Shown here one piece after another: positions 54,163-64,000 of a stretch of DNA of 64,000 nucleotides (the first letter of the stretch is position 1; each line of letters begins with the position of its first letter). The DNA comes from Eledone cirrhosa (taxonomy: Eukaryota). The notes below the pieces were generated by a model. The model was given only the letters and a program-made list of their open reading frames with translations, ran no database searches and had not been told where the DNA came from. The position numbers and the translations under genes were made by a program. The stretch lies in assembly GCA_964016885.1 (NCBI GenBank), contig OZ024741.1, positions 270,692,001-270,756,000 of the forward strand, given 5' to 3'.

Positions 54163-54593
54163 AATGCCTGTGCGTGAAGATATTTTTTTAAAGTGAGGAA
54201 AGACTGTGCACTGAGCCAATCCCACTCTCTGAGCGACAGTAGCTATAACCCGAAAAGAAGAAAAGATCAACATCATCGGTAACTACTGAGCCGCAGGTTT
54301 TATATCGGAGTTATCCCAGTTTCCTGAGTTGCCTTCTCCTAGAAGAATACCCTGACAAAGGCTAGGGGTCCTTCAGTCCCAGTGGTTTAACCGCGCAATT
54401 GGGTGTCCAGCCTGACTATTTCTATGTCCCCGCGCATATACATATACAGACATATGTACAGGGTGTCCAAAATCACCCTCCTCACCAAGTAAACTTGGTG
54501 AGGTTGCCGGTTTAGTCGTATACATACATGTACAGATATATGTACATACAAATATAGATATACATATATATATATATATACATACATATGTAG

Positions 54594-54633
<40 letters not shown>

Positions 54634-54677
54634 ATATACATATATACCTATACATATACACATATATATATATATGT

Positions 54678-56566
54678 TCCGAAGGACTGGCGTAGCAGCA
54701 TCATCATTAACTGCTACAGGGGTAAAGGAGATGCCCTAGATAGAGGTAACTATAGAGGCATTAAATTAATCGACCAAGTCATGAAGGTCACAGAAAAAGT
54801 AATAGCGTAACTAATCAGAGAGCGAATTGATCTAGATGAAATGCAGTTCGGGTTTGTGTCAGGTAAAAGTACCACAGACGCTCTTTTCATTGTACGACAA
54901 CTACAGGAGAAGTACCTAGCTAAAAGTAAACCCCTATACTTAGCTTTTATTGACTTGGAGAAAGCCTTTGACAGAGTCCCCCGCTCCGTTATCTGGTGGG
55001 CTCTTAGAAAACTAGGTGTTGATGAATGGCTTGTGAGAGCTATAAAAGCCATGTATAAAGAAACAGTCAGCAAGGTTAGAATTAACAACGAATATAGTGA
55101 AGAGTTTAGCGTAAAAGTTGGTGTTCATCAGGGCTCTGTTCTTAGCCCCCTACTATTTATTATTGCCCTTCAGGCTATAACAGTGGAGTTCAAGACCGGC
55201 TGCCCATGGGAACGCCTATACGCAGACGATCTAATTCTCATAGCTGAATCAATGGCCGAGCTAGAGAAGAAATTCCAAACATGGAAGCACGGCCTAGAAT
55301 CAAAAGGACTTAAAATTAACCTGGCTAAGACTAAAGTTCTAGTTTGTAGGAAAGAAAATAAGGCGCCGGTCTGTTCCGGGAAATTGCCATGCTCAGTGTG
55401 TAGGAAAGGCGTAGGTAGAAACTCCATTTTATGTCCCAAATGCAAAGTATGGGTGCATAAAAGATGTAGTGGGATCACAGGCAAGCTAACTAAGAACATA
55501 GATTTTACATGTGGCCGTTGCTCTGGTGCAATAAGTAGCAGCAAGTGCCCACACAATACTAGCTCTTTCAATTGCGCAGAGGGTTCTATAGAAATAGTGG
55601 ACAGCTTCCGTTACCTGGGTGACAAAATCAGCAGTGGGGGAGGGTGCTCTGAAAGTACAGTAGCTAGAGTCAGAACTGGATGGAAAAAGTTCAGAGAGCT
55701 TATACCACTATTAGCCGCTAAAGGGTTCTCTTTAAAAATGAAAGGCAGGTTGTATGATGCCTGCATACGAACAGCAAGGTTGCATGGCAGTGAGACCTGG
55801 GCATTGTGTGCAGAGGATATACGCAGACTAGAGGTGAACGAAACTTGCATGCTCCGCTGGATGTATAATAGTAATATACGTGAACGGCAAAGCATAAACG
55901 AACTAAGGAAAAAATTAGAAATAAGAGGGATCAGATGTTGTTTACTCGAGAGAAGGCTACGTTGGTACAGTCACGTGATGCGCATGAAAGACGACAGCTG
56001 TATAAAAAAGTGCAGGGCAATAAAGATAGACAGTAGCCACGGAGTAGGCAGACCCAGAAAAACCTGGGACGACCTGATAAATTCAGACCTCACACACTTA
56101 CACCTCTCCAAGACAATGTCACTGGACCGAGATCTTTGGCGGTACTCAGTAATAGAGAAGACCCGCCTTACCTAAACACAAAGTAAAACCTACTACAGTC
56201 AGTAGGCACCTCTAACAAAATACACCCCCGTCCCACCACCCCCACCCCATCCACACCGCCCCTTTCAATGTAAAGTTATGTTGGTACCATAACATCCAAG
56301 CCGAAACAAATGAGATTGTGTAGGTGTCACGACAAAAAAACACACAGTCCACGCTGTAATGTGGCCGTGTAGGCAGCACGGCAAAAACCTCCCAGTCCTA
56401 CACTGTAAACGTGGTTGGTGTTAGGAAGGGCATCCAGCTGTAGAAAACCCGCCAGACAGTCCTATGCGAGCAAGACAACCACTCTTGCCTCAAGTGGGAA
56501 AACTCCCGTCCAAACCCATGCAAGCGTGGAATACGGACGTTAAACAATGATGATGATGATGATGAT
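54678..56566 (+). mobile_element. 5'-truncated, little-decayed RTE LINE between (AT)n tracts
   Basis: 444-aa open frame 54841-56175 with complete RT motifs and C4HC3 finger; one stop upstream at ~54808; (GAT)n tail. Confidence 0.93.
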
Positions 56567-56589
56567 ATATATATATATATATATTAGTA

Positions 56590-57245
56590 TCGCTCTACAT
56601 GGCTGAATACAATAAATGTAATCTGAGTTTTTCAAATTTTTCACATGCCAACACAAGAGCAAGAATGAAGGATTCATTCTACTGACATGCCTCTAAAATT
56701 GAGGCTTGTTTGCATAATTGCAAACGAATTGAATGTTATTATTAATATTCGAAAAACTCAGATTACATTTATTGTATTCAGCCATGTAGAGCGAAAATTT
56801 TCTCTTTTATTTGAATTCGGCAAAGCCGGCCATTTATCACTTGCATACAGGAAACTGACTGGCCAGTCTGCTGTTTTGCAAGTCTGGCTGATCAGTGGAT
56901 CTGCTAATATGCAGATCTGACTGATCAGCCAGTCAGCCAATATGCAAATCAGGCCGATCAATCACTGTGTACTTTTGAAAATAGCATACATTTTCACTAG
57001 CTCTGACAGTTTGGCAGGTGAACAGTGAGCTGTACTGATGAAGGGTGATGCCCAGAAACATTAGTGTTTGCAGTTCTGTTCACATGCCAACACAAGAGCA
57101 TGAAGTGTTCATTCTACTGACATGGCTATAAAATTGAGGCTTGTTTGCATAATTGCAAACAAATTAAATGTTATTAATATTTGAAAAACTAAGATTACAT
57201 TTTTTGTATTCAGCCATGTAGAGCGAAAATTTTCTTTTTTATTTA
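56590..57245 (+). mobile_element. Family R element: inverted stub plus ~1.4 tandem ~439-bp units; HHR at 57018-57083
   Basis: tcacatgccaacacaagagc at 56641 and 57080; gtgaacag-t-gagctgta-CTGATGA-agggtgatgccca-GAAA-cattagtg-TT-tgcagttc-tgttcac. Confidence 0.8.
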
Positions 57246-57267
57246 TATATATATATATAAATTATAT

Positions 57268-58185
57268 CATCATCATCATCATCATCATCATTTTACGTCC
57301 GCTTTTCCCTGCTTGCAAGGGTGGGACGGGTCTTATTCAGCACAGCATCTCTCCACTCGTCACGGTCCCTCGTCATCTCCACCGTGAGCTTCAATGATCT
57401 GAGGTCTGTTCTCACCACCTCCGCCCATGTTTTTCGTGGTCTACCTCTACCACGTCTTCCCTCAACTGGCATTTCCTGGCACTTCTTCACCCATCGGTCA
57501 TCCTCCATGCGCATCACATGTCCATACCACCTCAGTCTCCTCTCCCGTACACTACATTCTATCCCTCTCAGACACAGTTTCTCTCTCAACACATTTATGC
57601 TGGGTCGTTCACGCACATTTACACTGCACATCCAATGGAGCATGCTTGCCTCATTTCTCTCCAGCCGTCGCATATCCTCTGCGGTTGCTGCCCATGTCTC
57701 ACTACCATGCAGCATCGCGCTCCTCACACAGGCATCATACAACCGGCCTTTCGTACGCAGGGAGAAACCCTTCTTCGTCAACAGAGGAAGCAGCTCCCTA
57801 AACTTCTTCCAACCCGTCCTTATTCTAGATACTATGGCCTCGGAACACCCTCCTCCCATGCTAATCTGATCTCCTAGGTACCGGAAGCTATCCACCACTT
57901 CTATAGCGCCCTCTCGCATTTGAAAAATGTGTCTATCAGTGCGACTTCTACTGTCTAATTTCCCTGTACATCTACTGCATACATATTTCTCCCTACCTGT
58001 TAGTTTGCCTGCTATCCCGCTACATTTCTTGTGTACCCAGGACCTGCATTGTGTGCATTTTATAGAATTTATGCCAGTTCCTTTTCTGCATATCGAACAT
58101 GGCCATTTCCCTGACGGAATCAGGGTTTTGTCCTCTTTTCTACTCATCAACACTTTTGTCTTAGCTAGATTTACTCTCAGTCCTC
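57268..58185 (-). mobile_element. RTE LINE 3' fragment (short-UTR subfamily) with open frame
   Basis: 286-aa ORF 57293-58153 with PHD-like finger, FRYLG and RLRWYGH; tail immediately after the stop. Confidence 0.9.
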
Positions 58186-58210
58186 TACAATATATATATA
58201 TATATATATA

Positions 58211-58410
58211 TAGGAACGAGTAAGACCCCGACGGCTGAGCTCAAGCCGTTTCGACAGCTAATTCTGGACTTAGTCCAAAATTAGCCGTCGAAACAGCTTG
58301 AGCTCAGCCGTCGGGGTCTTACTCGTTCCTATTACCCACTCTACTACCCTAAGTATTGAGTACTTTGGTGCGTTATGGTCCACCTGGTTCCTTACCAAAT
58401 TTCCTTCATT
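58211..58410 (+). mobile_element. Family P element with 60-bp-arm palindrome (58211-58331) plus tail
   Basis: taggaacgagtaagacccc..ggact-T-agtcc..ggggtcttactcgttccta. Confidence 0.85.
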
Positions 58411-58426
58411 ATATATATATATATCA

Positions 58427-58531
58427 TTTTATACAGAAATGATTTCTACAGGACTAGAACTGTTTCAGCTAGCTGGTGATATCATATGAATGAAACAGTT
58501 CTAGTTCCGTAGAAGTCATTTCTATATAAAA
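58427..58531 (+). ncRNA. Degenerate minimal HHR (58468-58505) preceded by an inverted copy of its 3' half
   Basis: gctag-CTGGTGA-tatcatatgaat-GAAA-cag-TT-ctagt; 41-bp arms at 58427-58467 and 58491-58531. Confidence 0.55.
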
Positions 58532-59090
58532 TTAAAAATGCCTGTACTCTGCCTATGTATTAAGTACCCTTTTTAACTGTGGTTACCTCCCAACACAACT
58601 TGGGAATCTACATATTATATATATATATGTATATTATTTGTTGTAGAAGATCCCGTAAAAGGATGAAAGCAGTGATTCTTTGCTTAAACTTTAATCTGTA
58701 CTAATATTAAATATTTGCTCTACGGGATTTTTATATATATATAATCTTTATCAAGCCCTCTTCAGATTTTAGTCTTCATAATTGCTATTACTATATATAT
58801 ATATATATATGCAAAAGGTAACCAGGAATAACAAAGGAAACGACACAGTACAGTGAAGAAATATGTTAGTTTTATGCTTGATATAGTAAGAAAAGAGTTT
58901 TAATGTTTTGGATGCTAGTCTTTATTCCAAAAATAGGAGAAATTAAAGAAGAAATTTAAAGCTAGGAGAGAGTGAGCAGTGGCAGTCTGAGATGAGAAAG
59001 AAATAGAATCGTGAGATGGAGTTGGTGAGAAGGGAGTAGTTAGAAGATAATTGTGGAGGAAAAGTGGTAGTGAGTCATGGGATATAGGTG

Positions 59091-59852
59091 TATATATATA
59101 TATAAAGTTGTAGTTCCTGTCTGTTTGTTTGTTTGTTCACGAACTCCTCCTATGGTTTTGGAGATAGACTCCCATAACCATATATATTCTGAAACTACAT
59201 TGACCAGGGTAGTTGGATAAGTATATTTCATTTTAATCAAAGGGTTCCTCGGAGGCACAAACCCCGATGAAAACCCCCACTGAAAATATTTTCTTTTCGA
59301 TTCATATGAAACTTAAACCATAGGTAAATGACAAGATATGATGCCTATTCATAAAATTTCAGCAAATATCAATAATATTAAGACACTCTAATGGGAGTAA
59401 CCCCCCCCCCCCCTATTAGGGATTCCTGGGGGCACAACACCCTGCTGAAAATGTTTTCCCTTCGATTTATATGAAATTTAAACCATAGGTAAATGACAAG
59501 ATATGATGCCCATTCACAAAATCTTTGAATTGATATTTAAAAAAAAATTATTTACAAGAAACAAAATAAGAATAAGATTTAATAATTGTTTCTACACTTG
59601 GCACAAGGCCAGCAATTACCCAGTGCATTATTGGTACTGTATTTTATCGACCCCGTAAGGCAAAGTTAACCTCAACGGGATTTAATAATGTAATTTTGAT
59701 TTGATATATTACAAAAAATAAAGTTTTCCAATTTTTCATGCATTACATTGCAGAGTTTTTCTCCATAAATTATATCACTGATTTAAAATCAATCATCATT
59801 TTCTTACAAAAAAAATGTGTGAAACGCAGCAAGGCGCGGGTAATTTGGCTAG
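59091..59852 (+). mobile_element. Non-autonomous Helitron, second copy
   Basis: Colinear with 39227-40080, two internal repeats, ends CTAG|T. Confidence 0.8.
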
Positions 59853-59858
59853 TATATA

Positions 59859-60742
59859 CAGGGTGCGGACGATATTTGTTCGCAATTTTCAACTGCTAAT
59901 TTTATGCAAATTTTTTTTACTTCCATTGTCACTCTTGTCTTCATAAAAACAGTGACTATATTTCCATTATTTATTTTCAGAATAATTGATTATGAATAAT
60001 TTTGAACCTCCAAATTTGTGGAAGAGACACGGAGTTCTTCTTGGAATCCACGCCGGAAGGACAAATACGACCAGAAGATCAACTCCCAGAACAACAGGTG
60101 GCTCGCTGTCTCATCCAAAGACGTGCCCAGAGTCATGCAGACAAAGTTTCCAGCAACAACATTGGTCTTAGGTGTCGTCAGCAGTCAAGGTGATGTCATG
60201 CCACCTCACTTCTTCCCTGAGGGCCTCAAGCTGAACATCGATGGCTACATCCGCGTTCTGAGCAAGGTAGTAAAGCCCTGGATCGACCAGGTAGCTGCAG
60301 GTAGGCCGTACGTGTAGCAGCAAGACCCAACGCCCTGCCATACCAGCCGAAAGACCCAAACCTGGCTGTCAGAGATCTTCGTCGACCACACTTCACCTGA
60401 CATCTGGCCTCCCAGCTCGCCTGACTGCAACGCCCTCAACTTCTTTGTGTGGGGCGCAGTGGAACGAGACACCAACAGATCTAGCTGTAATACGAAAGAC
60501 GATCTGAAGGCCAGGATCACATGTGCCTTTAGGGGCCTAAGTCTGGGGACAGGGACAAAGGCCTGTAGCCGGTTCCGAGGCCGCCTTGAGGCCGTCATCA
60601 AAGCCAATGGCGGATTTATCGAGTGAGATCGAAAGAACAAGTCATAAAGACAAACTGACCCAAGTTTGATAAATATATCTAAAACTATTGTGTTATTATT
60701 TCCTAGACAGTAATCTTGTGAACAAATATCGTCTGCACTCTG
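59859..60742 (+). mobile_element. Internally deleted DD37D (maT) transposon, second copy
   Basis: TA|CAGGGTGCGGACGATAT..ATATCGTCTGCACTCTG|TA; QQD-x37-(N/D)FFVWG with WPPSSPDCN. Confidence 0.9.
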
Positions 60743-60844
60743 TATATATATAGTGATAGTTTGCAGTCCTGGGACTGAGAAGACCACAAATCAAAGAAGT
60801 ACTTGATACATAGTAAGATGCAAAGGGGGTATATTAGTATATAC

Positions 60845-61963
60845 AGCCTAAGACTAAAGTTCTTGGAAATGGCCATGCCCCGTGTGTAAGAAGGGAGTAG
60901 GTAGAAATTCCATTCTAAGCCCCAAATGCATAAAAGATGTAGATTTTATATGTGGCCGATGCTCAGGTGTAGTAAGTAGCAAGGGCCCACTGGAGGGTAT
61001 CTCCTTCAACTGCCCAGATGGTTCTCTAGAAATAGTAGACACTTTCCGTTACCTGGCTGACAAAATAAGCAGTGGAAGAGGGTGCTCTGAAAGTATAGTA
61101 GGCAGAGTTAGAACGGGATGGAAAAAGTTCAGAGAGCTAATACCGCTGTTGGCCACAAGGGTTTTTTCTCTAAAAGTGAAAGGTAGATTGTATGATGCTT
61201 GTATACAAACGACAATATTACATGGTAGTGAAACCTGGGTGTTGCGTGCTGAAGACTTGCATAGATTAGAAACGAAGCTTGCATGCTCCGGTGCATGTGT
61301 AATAATAATGTATGTGAATGGCAAAGCATAAACGAATTGAGAGAAAAAATAAGCATAAGAGGTATCAAATGTTGTGTGCAGGAGAGGAGATTGCGTTGGT
61401 ATGGACATGTGATGTGTATGAAGGACAACAGCTGTATAAAAAAAGTACAGAGCAATGAAAATTGATGGAAGCTGCGGAGTGGATAGACCAAGAAAACCCT
61501 GGGACGAGGTGGAGATCTTTGGTACTATGCAGTTGTACAGAAGACCCACCTTCCCTTGCATACAAACCTACAGTCAGTAGGCACCTCACCACACACATCC
61601 TACCCCATCCTGCCATTTTCGTCCACTGTGTTGGGGACACAACAAAAAGCACCCAGTCCATGCTGTAAAGTGGTCATGTAGGAGACACGGGAAAAAGGCT
61701 CCCAGTCCACACTGTAAAGTGGTCATGTAAGAGACACGGGAAAAAGGCTCCCAGTCCACACTGTAAAGTGGTCATGTAGGAGACACGGGAAAAAGGCTCC
61801 CAGTCCACACTGTAAAGTGGTCATATAGGAGACACGGTAAAAAGGCTCCCAGTCCACGCTGTAAAGTGGTCATGTAGGAGACACGAGAAAAAGGCTCCCA
61901 GTCCACACTGTAAAGTGGTCATGTAGGAGACACGGTAAAAAGGCTCCCAGTCCACACTGTAAA
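60845..61963 (+). pseudogene. Decayed RTE LINE fragment ending in an expanded 3' UTR repeat
   Basis: FRYLAD, HGSETW, RLRWYGH. Confidence 0.85.
61652..61963. repeat. 49-bp minisatellite, ~6.4 copies
   Basis: CCCAGTCCACACTGTAAAGTGGTCATGTAGGAGACACGGKAAAAAGGCT starting at 61652, 61701, 61750, 61799, 61848, 61897 and 61946. Confidence 0.95.
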
Positions 61964-62180
61964 TGTGTTTCATCTCATGGTCCACTGATTGATGAAAGTG
62001 ACATCTTCACTATTGATGGGGGCTGAGATACAGCAGAAACAATACCTTGTGTTTCTATTGATCCTGATGTAGTTGATCTAGACAGTGTCTGTGAAGTAAA
62101 CCCCCAACACATCTTATCTTAGTTTTTCCCACTCTGGTTATCATAGCAGCAATAAATAAAATTAAACACCATTCAGCAGT

Positions 62181-62660
62181 AGGCATGTGGCCTAGTGGTA
62201 AGGGTGTTGGACTTACGATCATAATTGTTTCTACTTTTGGCACAAGGCCAGCAATTACCCAGTGTATTACTGGTATTTTATTTTATCAACCCCATAAGGA
62301 TGAAAGGCAAAGTTAACCTCAGCGGGATTTGAACTCAGAATGGCAAGGGCCGTAACTCTATGCTTCAAATCATGGCGTCCGACCCTCTACTGATACTGTC
62401 AATCCACTGCCACTTACGATCATAATGTTGTGGGTTCGATTCCTGGACTGGGTTGTGTTGTGTTCTTGAGCAAAACACTTCATTTCACATTGCTCCAGTA
62501 TACTCAGCTGAAATGAGTACCAGCAATAGCTGGGGGTTTAACCCTGTGATGGACAGATGTCCTGTCCAGTGGGGTGTCTTGTACTTTCAGTTGCTTCACG
62601 CCCTGAAACTGGGATAAGCACCGGCCTAACAAACCTCTGGCTTAAGGCAGACTTTAGATT
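62181..62660 (+). mobile_element. CORE-type tRNA SINE interrupted between box A and box B
   Basis: gtggcctagtggtaa..[insert]..gggttcgattcc, ttcttgagcaaaacactt, tail accctgtgatggac..gaaactgggataagc. Confidence 0.8.
62226..62411 (-). mobile_element. Meta-domain SINE with 15-bp TSD
   Basis: TSD ACTTACGATCATAAT at 62211-62225 and 62412-62426. Confidence 0.9.
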
Positions 62661-62809
62661 AGACTTTGGATTCAGCAGTGGGACCCCATCCCCACCACTG
62701 CCACCATCACAACCATGATAGGTTTCTTGCTAGTGTCCTGAAGTTGTGCTGACATCATCTTGCATCCCCTCTAGTTAATTTCTGAATTAAATCATTTGAG
62801 ACAGGCTAT

Positions 62810-62975
62810 CATCATCATCATCATCACCATCACGTTTAACATCCATTTTCCACGCTAGCATAGGTTAGACGAGCTGTCCTGTTGTGAGACAAGCCAGGTT
62901 AGAGGACTGTTTTGCTCACAGAGAACTGACTTTGGCTTGATTTCTATGACTGAATGCCCTTCCTAATGCCAACCC
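62810..62975 (-). mobile_element. RTE 3' tail fragment
   Basis: (CAT)n, ccacgctagcataggttagac, gcccttcctaatgccaacc. Confidence 0.7.
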
Positions 62976-63186
62976 ATATTGAATAATTTTCTATCCCAGT
63001 TTTTTACATGCCACTTTTGAAATAGAAATACGTCACATGCAGTGAAATACTGACCACTTTAACTGATCTCTCATATAATCAACTTATTTGAGAGGGTGCT
63101 GAGGTCATGAATAAATAATTTCCTTGAAAATAACAATCTCTTTAATCCCAACCAGTATGGTTCCTGCAATGGCAGGGACTGTTTAA

Positions 63187-63617
63187 CCCTTTTATGACCA
63201 TATTTCTAATGAAATACACACTATTTAAATTAATTAATTGTTTCTACTTTTGGCACAAGGCCAGCAATTACCCAGTGCATTACTGGTACTTTATTTTATC
63301 GACCCCGTAAGGATGAAGGGCAAAGTTAACCTCAACGGGATTTGAACTCAGACAGTAATGGGATGTAACTATACAAGAAAGCATGGCGCCTAACTCTCTA
63401 CTAATACTGTCAATTCACTGCCCTTAAATTAATTAATGAAACATTTTGAGGGATTTATTAAAATTATTAATTATTTCAATACTAAGATAGTAACTTAATA
63501 TTAGGCTCTTATCTAAAATTATGTTGGAAGATTATAATTTAAATTGAAAACCTTTAAAATGGGTGGTTTTATTTCATAGAACCAGAACCAGATTTGGCTG
63601 GGTTGGTTACTAAAGGG
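63187..63617. mobile_element. piggyBac-like MITE
   Basis: TTAA|CCCTTT ... AAAGGG|TTAA. Confidence 0.75.
63239..63423 (-). mobile_element. Meta-domain SINE with 14-bp TSD
   Basis: TSD TTAAATTAATTAAT at 63225-63238 and 63424-63437. Confidence 0.88.
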
Positions 63618-63651
63618 TTAATACAGTTTCTATACTACTTTGATGATATTG

Positions 63652-63866
63652 GTTTCTTATATAGGCACAAGGCCAGCAATTTTGGAGGAGGGGAAAGTTG
63701 ATTAAATCGACCCCAGTGCATGACTGGTACTTTATTTTATCGACTACATAAGGATGAAAGGCAAAGTTAACCTCAGCAGGATTTGAACTCAGATCATAAA
63801 GGGGCGTAACTCTATGCTGCAAAGCATGGCTTCCGACCCTCTACCGAAACTGCCAATCCACCGCCC
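63652..63866 (-). mobile_element. Meta-domain SINE (longer variant) with 11-bp TSD
   Basis: TSD TGATGATATTG at 63641-63651 and 63867-63877. Confidence 0.88.
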
Positions 63867-64000
63867 TGATGATATTGAAAAGGTATTCGGAGAGGGTTCC
63901 AACACAGTTCTTAAACACCTTGATTTCGGCTCAGCTTTGGACTCAATTGATCACAGCATCCTGTTGGAAAAAACAACAGCAAAAAAAAAACATCCAACGT

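Larger units (their letters stand above)
62990..64000 (+). pseudogene. Old CR1/L2-group RT remnant interrupted by younger insertions
   Basis: IINLFERVLRS*INNFLENNNLFNPNQYG..GRDCL [inserts] DDIEKVFGEG..HLDFGSALDSIDHSILLEK. Confidence 0.65.

Noticed and set aside
54458-54510. Tc1-like end plus hairpin cctcaccaagt/acttggtgagg
   Set aside because: No matching second TIR found; too short to classify
57321-57869. Recurrent antisense ORFs opposite RTE copies
   Set aside because: Shadow frames of the LINE coding strand with no independent motifs
61652-61963. CRISPR-like array
   Set aside because: Units are contiguous and near-identical, with no unique spacers and no cas genes; eukaryotic LINE UTR origin

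Overview
Repeat-saturated, AT-rich eukaryotic DNA, most likely an octopod cephalopod; this is inferred from recalled octopus-type Meta- and CORE-domain tRNA SINEs, RTE LINEs with (GAT)n tails and very long (AT)n/(ACAT)n tracts. No intact host gene is evident, and most ORFs in the track are microsatellite artefacts. The window contains decayed RTE LINEs with a PHD-like finger inside the RT, several Penelope-like elements (PLEs, one Naiad-like), a CR1-like remnant, Helitrons, deleted DD37D/maT transposons and MITEs, often nested with readable TSDs. The most notable signal is about a dozen type I hammerhead ribozyme (HHR) motifs from at least 7 sequence families. Most lie in short non-coding elements beside (AT)n tracts that show tandem or fold-back structure. 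Two unrelated families carry the compensatory U3:A8 catalytic core. All calls were made by eye; boundaries without a TSD or TIR are approximate.
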